Shown: positions 1 to 12,561, counted from the first letter of the stretch. The stretch is DNA of 64,000 nt from Takakia lepidozioides (GCA_030704615.1 CM060731.1:30690001-30754000), one strand, 5' to 3'. Program-made: numbers and translations. Notes: generated from the sequence alone by a model not told the origin.

Positions 1-1231
1 AAGAACTACACAAGCCTGCCCAAGAATTTCCCAAAAATTCCCTAAATTGCATTTGGGATGTGGGATTTTGTGAAATTTCCGGCCTCTCGGTGGCCGGGAT
101 TTTGCCTGAATCCGACGACGTTTTTCGGGCCACGTCGAGGTTTCCCATTATTTGCTAGGACCAGCTCATTCGAGCCGTCCCCGAGTTCGTCGGCGTTTTG
201 GGGAGGGCCTCACAAGCCCCCGACTCCAACCCCTGCATTGCCCCCCACCGCATTGCCCCCCACCGCAAAATCCCACCCGCGTGGCTGCTGCCACCTGCCA
301 CGTCGACGGTCAACTGCCGTGCCCCCCACCCACCCACCCAAAATCCTGTAATTTCCAAACTTCAAAAAATTCTTGACTGCGGAGTTTTTCTCTGTTGGGG
401 GTGTCATAAATCCTGCATGTGCAGCTCGTTCCGCGCTACATTTTTCGTTCAAGCCGCTCGTTCATCGGACTTCATCCATGCATGCTACGGATGGATGAAA
501 AATCGGGCCTACCCGATTCGGGTCGGCTCGTCGTTCAAGGGTTAAGCCATCAAACAAAGGCCTCTCATAACTGCCAAACATTCTTAGATGCCAATAAGGC
601 GCTTGCTTATGCACTTCCACGCAACAGGCCATCCACGCTAGTAGTGGCAACTATGATACTTGCACTATTTCACCAAAAGAGGCCCACAAAAATCAAAACA
701 AAACAAAACAATAATAATAATAATAATAATCGGAAGTGTTGATTTTTTTTTTTCCTCATTTTACAGCCAATATTTTACCAAAAAAACTCACACCGACCCC
801 CCATGGGTTGCTCTTAATCAGCGTCGGGTTATTGTTTAGGGACTCGGTCAATTAGCTCATAAGTTTTAGCAAAACGACTATTTTTTTGAAACGTGTTTAT
901 AAAAATCTAAGCTTGACCATATTACCCATTTGGGCTTTTGGTTATCCAAGGCTCTAACAATCCTCGTCTTCCATCCATCCAACACGGTTGAGTTCATTGT
1001 CATGTGTAAATACATGGTCTCGCATCAATAAAGCTACTAACTTGTCAAAGTCACTCCTAACCACCATAGATCCACCCAACGAGCTAACTTACAGAGTTCA
1101 ATATGCATCTTAGGGCCGAGTCTGATGAGAGGGTAAAACAGACAGAAATAGGTTGAAGAAGAAGGTGCCCTCACCACATCGTCCTTGACCTTGTGTCATG
1201 ACCCATGGAGGATTTGACCGAACATCAACCC

Positions 1232-1318
1232 TGTCGTGCGCATACATATCGCTACACAACTACATCGCTGTCCAAACCACACCACACATATATGCACAAT
1301 AAAGTAGTCTACCACAAT
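1232..1318 (-). repeat. Terminal repeat segment Y, terminal copy (87 bp)
   Basis: Identical by eye to 1679-1765. Confidence 0.95.
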
Positions 1319-1322
1319 AGTC

Positions 1323-1676
1323 TAACCAAACTAGATAAGGACACACACTCTCAACACAAGAAATATGCAATCCCTCAACATCACTCTTTAAGATAATAGT
1401 CGAGCCAGGGGCACCCCAAGCTATGGGGACTCCACCCCACAACAACCTACACTCCCATCATAAGCACACTCAGATCTGAAGAATGCAGGAGCTCGGTCGC
1501 GCAGGCTCAACTCGAGAGAGATGAGCTGCGCGACTGCCGCTCTCGTGAAGATAAGACGGACCAGGTGTCAAACTAAACTTGACACCTGATTTAACACTTG
1601 ACCTAAATCCAAGTGTTAAATACAAATAACTAGTTTTATGCTAGTTGTTTTCACACTGTGCTTATTTAACTTGACA
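1323..1676 (-). repeat. Terminal repeat segment X, 3' copy (354 bp)
   Basis: Matches 13376-13729 with one visible T/C mismatch. Confidence 0.95.
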
Positions 1677-1678
1677 GC

Positions 1679-1765
1679 TGTCGTGCGCATACATATCGCT
1701 ACACAACTACATCGCTGTCCAAACCACACCACACATATATGCACAATAAAGTAGTCTACCACAAT
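1679..1765 (-). repeat. Terminal repeat segment Y, internal copy
   Basis: Joined to X through the palindrome GACA-GC-TGTC (1673-1682). Confidence 0.95.
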
Positions 1766-1775
1766 CGCCCCCCTA
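1766..1775 (-). promoter_or_regulatory. Putative polypurine tract (AGGGGGGCG) just upstream of the internal Y copy
   Basis: Plus strand cgccccccta abuts the Y boundary at 1765. Confidence 0.55.
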
Positions 1776-2023
1776 GCTGGTGGATAGGTCCCTCTACCTC
1801 CAGATAGCTACAAGATGTAATAGCCACAGCTGTACTAAGTCCTCTATCACTGTCTTTATCGTGCTCAAACTCTATCAACCAAGAGGCCGGGTACAAGAGT
1901 AGCCCCATCGTTAGTCGCCGTCTTGCAATCTATGAACTTGAGCCAAGATCTCGTGTGTTCTAGGTCTCCTAGTAGCTGGGTCTTGCGTTTCTTGTTAACC
2001 TCCCATGGTTGTATCCACTCCCA

Positions 2024-3290
2024 CTATCCAATGCAATGTGGACATAACCAATCCCCATCCGGAACCATCTCAAGAGGTGGAGTCAAGCATCCCATATGCC
2101 AACCTCTAGAGCACCGATCACATACCAGCATGGTGGCTGCCCCTTTAGCAGACCCACACAACATGCACCTCAAACCTGCAGATACCACTGCCAGGTTTGG
2201 GTCAATCCTGCCATCGACATTCGGAAGGTGACATGGCGCACAATTACGCACATGGTCCTTCCAAGTGATGCCATCCCGACCCTCCAAGACCAAGACGCCT
2301 GAGGGCAAGACCTCTCGAACCCTCAAAATAACACGTCCTGCAGTCACATCCAGGGTCGTAGGAGCAGTCTGCTGCAGATAGACATAGTCACCAGGGTTGA
2401 ATCTCCGAACCCCAGGACGATAGCCCCCACCACGTATGGTAGCATACCTCAATGTATCACGGTGTTGTGCAATGGCAAGGTTCTCGAAAGCCATGGGCAT
2501 GACTCTCTTGAACAACTCTGCACGCTGCTCACATGCACGTGCCCACACGTCCGGATCGTCAAGGTTAAGAACTGTAGCAGCTTCTCTGCGAATGGATGTA
2601 GGCAAATCCGGCTCTCGGCCAAAGAGAAGAAAGTATGGTGAGAAAGAGGCAAGTGATGCTTGCTTGCTGAACCTGTAGCCCATGGCTAACCAGGGTAACT
2701 GAAGGTCCCAATCTCCTAGGTGTCCCTTCTGCAAGCCATACTTGCGCAAACCCCTCTTTACTGTCTGAACAACTCTCTCTGCCAAGCCATCGGCTTCAGG
2801 ATGATCCCGAGAAGTGGTGCGGTGGTCTATCAAGGCTTTGTCACACAAAGCCTGAAACTCCCCCAAGAACTCTCTCCCTTGGTCCGTGAGTACCTCAGCT
2901 GGAGCACCGAATCGGCTAAGCACACAATCCAGGAATGCATACGCAGCTCCCTCACTAGCCTTATCAGGCAATGGAACCAATTCAATCCACTTGGAGAAGT
3001 GCTCCACCATCACCAACACGTACTTGTTGTGGCGCATGGTCAGTGGCAACGGCCCTGCGAAGTCAAGACTCCACCTGTAGCCCAATCCCATGATCGGAAG
3101 AGGTTGCAATTGTGGAGTAGGGCGTTGAATGAAGCACGCACCCTGTCACATACCATGCACCTAGCCACAAAGTGTTGTACCTCTGTGTGCATACCACGCC
3201 ACCAATACTGCCCCTGCAGTAGACTATGAGTGCGTCGCACCCCAAAATGCCCCAACTCCTCATGGGCATGCCGCACTAACCGTGCCCGCT
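2024..3290 (-). CDS. Integrase (HHCC zinc finger + DDE core) with C-terminal PHD finger; 1-bp frameshift near 3120
   Basis: HAHEELGH...CMVC; WSLDFAGP, VLTDQGREF, GLAERVVQT; PHD CMLC...CDRCSRGWHMGCLTPPL...WLCPHC at ~2030-2170. Confidence 0.95.
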
Positions 3291-4245
3291 GTGTTGGGTG
3301 AGGCACAATCCTCACTCGACCATCCTCCCACACTCGGAGCAGGTGTGTCCCCTCCCACCTGAACCTCTTGGCTCGTTGTAGGATCCGATCCCTCTCCTTG
3401 GCAGTCATAGTGGCTGCCGTGTCTCCACTGCGGAGGTAGGAATCCTCATGTATCCAACACAACTGAATCCTCATGTATATCTTTGGCGCCACCCTGCTCT
3501 TGCTGGCCTCAGGGTCCTCAGACACTTGATCTACAGTCATCCCTGTTGTAGGTCCAACCTGGCCTTCCGCTGCCAAGATACACAGAAATGCAGATGCATG
3601 CCATCCGGGCACCATCTCCTCGTCCGTCTCACCATGCCACCGAGCTCCAGTGTCATCCTGCTGGCTCGTGCATGGATTGCGACTCAACCCATCTGCATTT
3701 CGATTGACCAAACCCGGTCGATGCACCACCTGAAAGTCATACTCTTGAAGGATGAGCGCCCACCGTGCAAGCTTCCCCGTAAGCTTGTCTGACTCCATCA
3801 ACCACTTGAGTGGTTGGTGATCCGTGACAAGGGTGAAGAGATTGCCGTATAGATAGCACCTGAAGTGTGCCACGGCCCACACTGCAGCTAAGCATTCTCC
3901 CTCATATGAGCTATACTTAGACTCTGCAGCATTGTTCGAGCGGCTAGCATAAGCCACTACGAACTCTCTTCCCTCATCATCCACCTGTGTGAGCACCGCT
4001 CCAAGCCCCAGCATGCTCCAATCTGTATGCAGCTGAAAAGGACGCCCCCTGATAGGTCGTCTCAAGATGGGCGCCGAGGTCAACCTCGCCTTGAGCTCTT
4101 GAAAAGCTTGTTCTTGCTCATCTTCCCACTGCCACTCCTGGTCCACCTTGGTCAGCTTGGTTAGAGCCTTTGCAATGGCACTAAATCCCTTAACAAACCG
4201 TCTGTAATAGTTTGCTAACCCCATGAAAGCTCGAACTCGGCTCAC
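3291..4245 (-). CDS. RT thumb/connection and RNase H of the polyprotein
   Basis: RAFMGLANYYRRFV; FQLHTDWS; YSSYEGECLAAVWAV; LVTDHQPL. Confidence 0.95.
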
Positions 4246-5009
4246 ATCCGTGGGGCGTGGACCTGTGCAATGGACTCTACCTTAGTCTGCTGTACCCCCA
4301 ATCCTCCAGGATATATCATGTGACCCAGATACTCAATCTGGTTGTGGAAAAACTTGCACTTGCCCGGATGTAACTTCAATCCGTGCGTCCTCAAGCGCTC
4401 AAATACCCCCTGAAGGTGTCTCTCATGCTCCTCCACCGTAGCACTAAAGATGATGATGTCATCTATGTAGCACCGAGCAAACTCCACCCCTGCTAGAATC
4501 CTGTCCATGACTCTTTGAAACTCAGCGGGAGCGTTTTTAAGCCCAAATGGTAAGAACCGCCACTGGTATAGGCAATCCTTCCCGTGCTCATTGATCCCCC
4601 AGAATGCCGTCTTTTGCTTATCCGCCTCCTTGATCGGCAACTGGTGATATCCGGATCGTAAATCCAACGTGCTAAAGACCTTGGAATGCCCAATGGCATC
4701 AAAGATCTCCTCTGGTGTTGGCATGGCATACCTATCGGACTTGGTCTGACGATTTACAGGCCGGTAATCACCGCACATACGTCTCTCCGTCCAATTGCCA
4801 TAGACATCCTTCTTAGCTGGCATCACTGTGGCTGAAGCATACTCTCCACCAGAGAGCTCCACCAAACCTGCCTCCCAGAGATCTTGAGTCCTCATCTGAA
4901 TCAAAGACCTCTCCATGTCACTGTATCTATAGGGTCTCCGAAAGATTGGCGTGTCAGTGGCCAACTCAATACGGATCTCTTGACCCTTCAGTGCTCCCAA
5001 GTCCTTCAA
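4242..5009 (-). CDS. Reverse transcriptase, Ty3/Gypsy type
   Basis: RMCGDYRPVN; LDLRSGYHQL; LPFGLKNAP; YIDD; KCKF. Confidence 0.97.
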   Translation of the reverse strand: MKDLGALKGQEIRIELATDTPIFRRPYRYSDMERSLIQMRTQDLWEAGLVELSGGEYASATVMPAKKDVYGNWTERRMCGDYRPVNRQTKSDRYAMPTPEEIFDAIGHSKVFSTLDLRSGYHQLPIKEADKQKTAFWGINEHGKDCLYQWRFLPFGLKNAPAEFQRVMDRILAGVEFARCYIDDIIIFSATVEEHERHLQGVFERLRTHGLKLHPGKCKFFHNQIEYLGHMIYPGGLGVQQTKVESIAQVHAPRM

Positions 5010-5439
5010 ACTGAAGGCAAAGCAATTCCTGTAAGCCCTTAGGAACCGCCGTATACGTCGTCTCTCTCCTCCGGTGACAATGGGTCCAATATCAGGCTCC
5101 CAATTGTCCTCCGTAACTGTAACCTTAAGTCCAGTGGGCTTAGAGGTAGAGGACGCGTCCCGTGGTTGCTATGCTGCAACCTCTTGAGCAGTACCCCCTT
5201 CCTGCTCAGTCAATGACAAGGCCTCATCCTGCCCCATCATCTCATCATTGAGAACCTCCTCATCCACACAGCTGCCTTCGCTGCCAACTCCCTCTGAAAC
5301 CTCGAGCACCTCCCACATGTGCCATGGATGTCTACACCTCGTGGTCCTCACCGGCTCGCCCCCACTCGCTGCCTGTACCGTCTCGGTAGGCAGAGAGACC
5401 ATCAAGGGAAGTGCACTCCGCACTCTACGTTGCTCAGCC

Positions 5440-6390
5440 ATAGCCAAGCGGACAATCCAGGTCAAGCAATTGAGATCCATTGCTTGCCCCAACACCTGAC
5501 GACGTGATGCCTCAGAAAGGGAAGGCACCGCCGTGTGTCCCAGTGGAAAACCCCATAGCCCGCTCTCGCTCGTCGGCATTAGGCTCCACTAACTGCTGCA
5601 ACTGAGCATCCCACAGGAGGCCAGGTCCACCATCCCGAAAAGCATGGGATCCTGGGAAGCTGAGCAGTGTAGGTAATGCTGCTCGTGGTTGACCCACCCT
5701 GTTGACCACTGCCAAAGGCGAACGGTCATCGTGTCTCACACGTTGAGACTGCCTTCCTGTGTCCAAAATGCCATCCACGGTGAGGTGTGCTGGCCGCTGC
5801 ACCCATCAAATGCACGCTTGAGCAGTGCGGGTGGATCAAAGTTAGTCCACCATAGTCGGACGATGAGCCCGTGACCCCACTGCAGCTGCTCCAGCAATAC
5901 TGCGACCCAAGCCACGACCGGACTTGATGCACACTGGCCATCACCCTGGCCCGAGAATCACCCATCAGTGGCACATTCTCCAAGATGTATGCCGGAGATA
6001 CAGCCTGATGAGCTGCAAGTGGAGCAAAATCCGCACCATCTCCCAAAACAGACCCGTCTTCGAGTCTCGCAATCCATTGCCATGCCCGGCTGATGAATGC
6101 CCTTGGCAGGCCAACCTGCCACTACCAGATCAATGGAGCCAACCGCTCCAAATCCTGCGCCCCCAGCAACGCATGTCTGCTGGCAAGGCTTTGCTGAGTA
6201 TCCACGAACTGCAGGACACGGCAACAACTCAGGGTGACTGCTGCACCATCTGAGCAACATGGCGCAGTGAGACGCGTCGTGCAGTCTCACCCTCTCCAAT
6301 TACAGGTAACGTCGAACTCGTACACCTGCCTGCGCACTGCAGCCAATCCAGTGCTGATCCCGCCAAATAAGTCCAGAAGGCATATGCCTT
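5440..6390 (-). CDS. DNMT3-like C5 cytosine DNA methyltransferase domain inside the polyprotein (several 1-bp frameshifts)
   Basis: Motif I ICLLDLFGGISTGL; motif IV IDLVVAGW-PCQGHSSAG (1-bp deletion in the Pro codon); motif VI YILENV; motif VIII LLDAAAVGSRAHRPRLWWTN (reconstructed across frameshifts); motifs IX/X ERERAMGF..GHTAVPSLSEASRRQVLGQAMDL. Confidence 0.9.
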
Positions 6391-6799
6391 CATCCGGTCG
6401 CTGCCACACCAGGTGTGGTGTCCAATGGCGACAACTGAAGGTGGCCCGGGTACAATCCACCGCACTCTCCTCCTCTCCTGACGGTACAAAAAAGCTTCTA
6501 CCCAAGCTTGTTGCACCGTCCATCAGCAGCGTGCTTGCAAATCCTTGCTCGTACCCACAACGGAGTGTGAGCAAACCATGGTAGGCAACTCCGCCGTACC
6601 ATGCATGTCATCCTGCTCTGCTGGAGGTGCACATCCTCTGCATGGGCATTGCCTTCCAGCAACTCTCCAGGCCAGCTGAATGCAGCTGTGAAGGCGGCTA
6701 GTGTTGGCATCTTGGCCCCGCTGAGCAACTGCAATACCCCAAATGAATGTCACAGGGAGCTGTGCACGGCGACCATCCCCTGACTGCCATCCAGGCCTG

Positions 6800-7200
6800 T
6801 AGGATGCTGACTCCTCCAAAGAATCCAGGTGTGAAGCCCATGGGGTATAACCACTGCCCCACCAACGAGGACATCGTAAAGACCGCGTCTGTCATAATGG
6901 CCTTGGCTCGCATCACTGAGCCATCTAACAGGAGATGATCGGCTGCAGTCTAATAGCCAACTGATGCCGTGTCATGCCGCGAGCCTGCTCTGATCCTCCC
7001 AGAGATGTCTGTATCTGGAAAGGACAAGGCACCATATCCGCCTCCATGAGGCCCAAACCTGCAATAGCAGCTCTGCCCAACATCAGTGGCTGAGCTCCTG
7101 AGTCCAACAAGACCCGCAGTGGCCGGTACTTCTTGCCTGCCGGGCCACTCAAAGTGAAAAATGCCTCCTTGGTTGTCTAACAAGACAACTCCAGGTGTCA
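6800..7200 (-). CDS. Retropepsin-type aspartic protease (frameshifted)
   Basis: YRPLRVLLDSGAQPLMLG; downstream YDVLVG-like segment near 6870. Confidence 0.85.
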
Positions 7201-7869
7201 CCATGGCGCGCTCAAAGGCTGGCCTAGCTGGCAGCTCCGTCATCCTGGCAGCTGCAGCTTGCCAGGGCGCTGCCGTGGCAGTCTTGACCCTCAAATCCGA
7301 GGATCCCTCTGCCACTACACCTTCCACTAACTCCGCAGAAGATGAAGTGACCTCTCCACTCTCAGCAGAGTGTTGCTGCTAGTCTGAACACTGCAGCTGG
7401 TCTCAATCCCGGCGTCGCAATCATGGTCGCCGAGAACAGTGGGGCTTGACACACAGAGGTGGCTGCTCCCAATAACACACCGGCTGCACTAGCCTTGGTA
7501 GTAGGTGTCAGTGCTGCACGGGTAGCTCTCCCCAATGGTAGTAACCTCCGCCTCGGTAACAGTCGGCGAGAACTAGTGCCATGGATGGCGTTGACACTGT
7601 CGCCGCCAAGGTGAATGACTGAGGCAGCCTTGCCTGACGGCTTGCCTCCCCACGTTGTGGATCCAACTCCACCTCTGCACCTCGTGGCTCAGGAATCGTG
7701 TTGCTCCTCGAGTCACGGCTGCAGCAGACTCCACCTGCTCTAGTGGTAGTGTTGCTCCGCACATGAATCCCATTCCTCCCATATCTCCTCCCTCAGGAGC
7801 AGGAGGTGGGCCATCCCGCCTGGGAGCCGGTACGCCTGTGAGCGCGTGCCCATGGTAGCGATCCTTGCT

Positions 7870-9341
7870 CTAGATGCTGTGAAAGCGAGTTGCCATGCCT
7901 TGGTCCACACCTGACCTCCGCGTCCTTGGCCATGTGGAGGTTGCCCTTGGCCTGCACCTCGTGCCCGACCACCTCGTCCTCTTTGGGCTGGTCCACCTCG
8001 CCCCCGGCCACCATTGTTCCTTGGAATTGGCCTGGGCGCAACTCAGGATGCAAGTCATAACACTGGGCATCTCCATGCCCATACTTGCCACAATGCCCAC
8101 ACTGCAACTGTGCAGGCTGTGCTTGTGCCGGCCTCTGCCACTCTCTGGGCAATCTCTCTTGACATGGGGTCCTCCACATGTCCAACATATACACCCTGGT
8201 TGCTGTTGGCCTGCAAAAGATGCCACGGGCTCTGCACCTGAGGGTCCCCTGTAAGCTCCATGGAACTTGGCTGGGCAACCTTGCCCCCCTGAACACGCTG
8301 TTGGGCAGTCCCTTGTGCTTGTGGGCTGACAGCTGTGCCCCGTACAGGCATGTCCTTACCAAATCCAATTGTAACAACTCGCTCCTCCACCATGTTGAGC
8401 TCAATCCGCTCAGCCAGCAGAAACACATCTGCTAATGTGGGTTGGGCTGCTTGTAACAGGGTTGCATCTCGCACCCTTCTCTTGAGCTCCTTGTCCAGAA
8501 TTCCATACCAAAACTGGATTGCCTGAGCTTCAGTAACCCCTTGGGTCACACTTATCAAGCGCCTCATACGAGTGTACGCCTCTCGCAGGCTCTCACTGGT
8601 TTGCGCTGGAAGTCTTGCAAACTTCGCAGCTTCTCTGTCCGTACACCTTGGTAGTTCCTCCGCAACTCCTGGAAGAACTCCACCACCGGGTTGAATCTTG
8701 GCAAATGTGTTGTAGTCGTGGCAGGAGAGTAGTAGTAGCACCTTTTGAACTGGTACCCTTCAGAATAGTACCAGCGCTACTTGCTCCACTACTAGTGCTG
8801 GCAGTGGTGGAGCTATTGGTACTATGCAGCTACTGGTCGCGTCGTGCCTCGAGTAATGGAGACGTAGTAGGTGACCAATACATCCTCCACTCCTCAATCT
8901 CTGCTTCATGTCCTCGCCTGAACTCGTGGTAATCGTCCATAGGCGGGCCTTCCAAATGCTGGAACAGTCCTTCCACGCCATGAATGGGGTGAATAGCTGT
9001 GGATTGCGCATCTGCTGCAAATCACACCAGCTGTCGAACTCCTGGATAAAGTCATCCAACTCGATTGTGCCCACAGCTCCAGAGTACCTACGAGGCCCCT
9101 TGGTAGCTCCATACATCACCTCCATGTCGTCCCACAACAATGGCGAATGAAAGTGCACACCTGTTGATGAAGCCTCCGAGTCTGTGTCTGACGCTACAGT
9201 AGTTGAGGGTGGCGGTGAAGGTGGTCTGAACCGAATACCTCGTCTTGTGACCCCACTCTCACTGTCACTGCTTGTAGCCGTACTCCCCTCAAAACCCTTG
9301 GGTAACTCCGTAATGACACTCACAATGTGCACCTCCTCCAC
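7870..9341 (-). CDS. Gag with two CCHC zinc knuckles (frameshifted)
   Basis: LDDFIQEFDSWC; QTSESLREAYTRMRRL (MHR-like); CWTCGGPHVKRDC and CGHCGKYGHGDAQC. Confidence 0.85.
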
Positions 9342-11329
9342 GTGACACTATAAGGCTCTAGTACTAATCTAATAGTGACACGGGTGGGCACCTGTTGCAG
9401 TCTAAGGGTCATATCCCAATGGCTCAGGGCACCTGCACCTGCATTCCACCGCAAGAACTCCTATGGTTGGCTGGTCATCAACCCAGCCTCACCGTAGAAG
9501 AAACACTGGTGGTCTTGCTGGTCATCACTCCAGCCTCACCACCGACAGCATACTCTAGGATTGACCGGTGATCAAATCCGGCCTAATCCCTATGAAAGCA
9601 AGCGCCCACACAAAACCAACATGGCGCACAGTCAAGCATGCAGGTGTTTGGGGGGATCCAAACACAAGAAATCAAAACATCAACACCCCACACCAAAATC
9701 CAGCAGCAACGCTGATCCTGCAGAATATCCCAGCCCAAAACCCCGGACTGACTGGCCTCCACCAAGAGAGGCTTTGGCAACTACAAGTACAAGGTAATGA
9801 AAATAGTACAGAGATGGAGGGGAAGAATAGAAGCCCGCCCAAGCAAGATCTAATCCTGATCTATGCTATCAACTTCCAGACTTCTCTCAAAGTGCCTCGC
9901 TCTGCTTGATGGTAAGGTGTAGGAGGTATATCTATGTCCAGAAACCTGCCACTAACCTTGTCCCAAGCTACAGTAGCTCGCTCTAAACCAACCTCCTCCT
10001 CTTTCTGCCAGGTAGAGACAAAGCAACACTCTGCTATCTCCCGCTCACTGAACACTAAAGAAAACAAAGGTAGGGTCTGATAGTCTCTCAACTCGAAAGC
10101 TTTGAGACGTTGCGGGTGTCTTCATTGCGAATGACTGCATCGCCTTCAAACAGAACAAACTTGTCCTCGCTAATGAACCCCCGCTCGTGGTTGCCTTGTG
10201 CAGAGCGTGTCCGACTGCAACACTGTCTAATTGCACAAACTTGTGCAGCTCCTGCTCCTCTGCTCCAGTACACCACGGCCTTGTGGCTGAACACCTTGGT
10301 CCCGGGGCTGTCTTTGGCTGTGTTCCAAGCCTAGCTTTCACCCACTTTGGTATTTCACCTACAGCTGCAGAACTGCTGGCTCCAACAGAGTTCTGACTGT
10401 CAAGGCGATATTGAGGCCCTCAATGCCAACTACAGCAGTCTGTTGTCTACTGCTAATGCCTGACTCCCAGTATGCAATCAACTCGTCCAACTGTTCTCCA
10501 CTCAAATCAGTCTGAGTTCCTTGGGAAATATAATCGTGTCCCCTTGTGTGCACAGACTAAGAGAAGAGACCTGCCCTTCAATTACGTCCTCATTTCCCCC
10601 AGCCATGCATGGAGTACATCCACCAATTTGTCTCTCATATAGACCAGCACAGGTTCTAGAGACAGTATTGTGGATCTTTCATGGCACACTCACACTCTAA
10701 AAATTCCATAGATTTTTAGCAGAGTCCCCAAAACAGAAACCAGGTTTAGATAGGTAGATTTCCCCTTTCTGCAGCTATCCCCCCAAAAACTGGGTCAAAC
10801 AGAGTCCATTTGACAAAGATATGATGAATTTGGCTCCCAACTCATTCAAATTAGATTAAAAAGGGGGTTTTTTTTTAAAAGGTTTTCAAGTTTTAAAAAT
10901 TCAAAGTTAACACCCAAAATATCTGGTAACTGGTTCCCGGTTCCCTAAGTTCTATATGGCATCCTAGGTTCCCTGGCCACGTGCCTGCTGTTCCCCTCCA
11001 TTTCATTTGAGTTCAACAGCTCACCATGCTTTGGAATCCCAACCGTCTTCTACCACAAACCGTGGTGACGATGGAGTTCGTGAAGCGATCCTTCCCAGTG
11101 AACCTCGAGAGACGAGTCCCCTGTGCACTTGATATACACTCTCAATAGAGAAAGAATCAAAATCAGCAAGGAGACACCATTGACACACCCAGAGATCAGA
11201 GACAAGTACTTGCGCAGTTCGGAGGCCACAGCATCCCCTCTGGACACTGAGCGGGGAATAGCTGCTACACAGCAGCTCAGTCTATCGTCAGCTCCTATAC
11301 CTACTAGCTTCCTGCCCCTGCCATAATCA

Positions 11330-11670
11330 AAGAGGACAAGTGACACAACACCAGCTGGAAACACCTTTCCTGAATTTTTGTATCGAGAGCCCATCACAAA
11401 CAAGAGAAGCCCTGAAACAGCAACACCGATAGAGGACGCAAGGACAGGGTTCGAGGGCAGGTTCAGATAGACATAATAGAGGATCAGAGCTGACCCTCCC
11501 CCTGACAGCAATGACTTGCTGCTCCCAGATTTTGCAAATCCGATCACTCCTCCCAGACCAACAAGGACTGCATACGCCAAGGTCAGCTTCTGCGACATAG
11601 ACAGCTTCATCTTTCCGTCACCACTTCCCTCTTCCTGTCCTCCCTCACCACCGTTCCTGTTGCCTCCATT
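11330..11670 (-). pseudogene. FAX: Captured fragment of plastid fatty-acid export protein (FAX, Tmemb_14 family) in the retroelement leader
   Basis: Gly-rich linker followed by MSQKLTLAYAVLVGLGGVIGFAKSGSSKSLLSGG...VMGSRYKNSGKVFPAGVVSLV. Confidence 0.85.
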
Positions 11671-12561
11671 GCCCGACACTTGGGTTACATGCTCAGCCAG
11701 ACCTTCAAAAAACCTGGCCCAAAATTCACTGGCTGCTCGGACACTGACATGACCAAACCTCTTTAACTCCAATCAGCCTGCTGCTGAGTTACGATCTCAT
11801 CACCAAGCAAAATCTATCCCAATGCCCAGTTGAGCTGCCAGTCTCGCATTCACTTTCCCCACCAAGGCAGCTGCAATACACTGACTGTCTTAGCTCCCTC
11901 CATGACAACCTCCCGCATTTGGGCAAGTTCAGCTTCACGGACCTCCCAGCGACTTAGCAGCTGCTTCAGGTCATGGTCCTAGCTAGCGCATGCTGGGCTG
12001 CAACCAGTTGCAGATCCTTATCGTGTAGAAACCCTTCACTGCTCTCTTTCCATCTCCTGATGCCATGCTCCATCCTCCAGCCACTTCACTTGTTTCAGGC
12101 ACCCAGGTCCCTATGGGCAGGTCACATGCTCATGTGCCAGCCAGAACAGTGACATTCGACCCCTTCGTCTTCAGGAACAAGCTGGTAGCTTCCTTGATGT
12201 CATCAGTTTCCTGGACACTTAAACGGCAGTATGGTCGCCACCTCTGATTGAGGCAGTAGTGGTGACGAAAGGAGAAGAGAACACAGGGAAAGAGCGAGGA
12301 AAAATAAGGGCGGAGAACTGCTCATGTCAAAAGGTCAAAGCCAGAGAGGTCGAAACATTGTGCGAAGGGGGACCGTGTTTCTGCTGCCCTCTCCCACTTC
12401 AGCGCAACATTCAGCGTCCAGAGAGTGAAGTCCCTCAAAATTTAGAGAGTGAACCCACCGGCAACAGGAGTGCTCTCAAGCGGACATTGAGCGCCCTCCA
12501 CTGACTCAGTTGAGTGTGCAAACCTTTCTGCTCATGCAGTTCCAGCAGTCAATACTCACTC

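Noticed and set aside
1-560. GC-rich overlapping ORFs at the window start
   Set aside because: Low-complexity repeats (gcattgccccccacc x2) and hairpins suggest a transposon end; no protein motif
11050-11772. Intact host FAX gene
   Set aside because: Lies inside the retroelement, lacks a proper start/transit peptide and the normal C-terminus, and is fused to unrelated sequence
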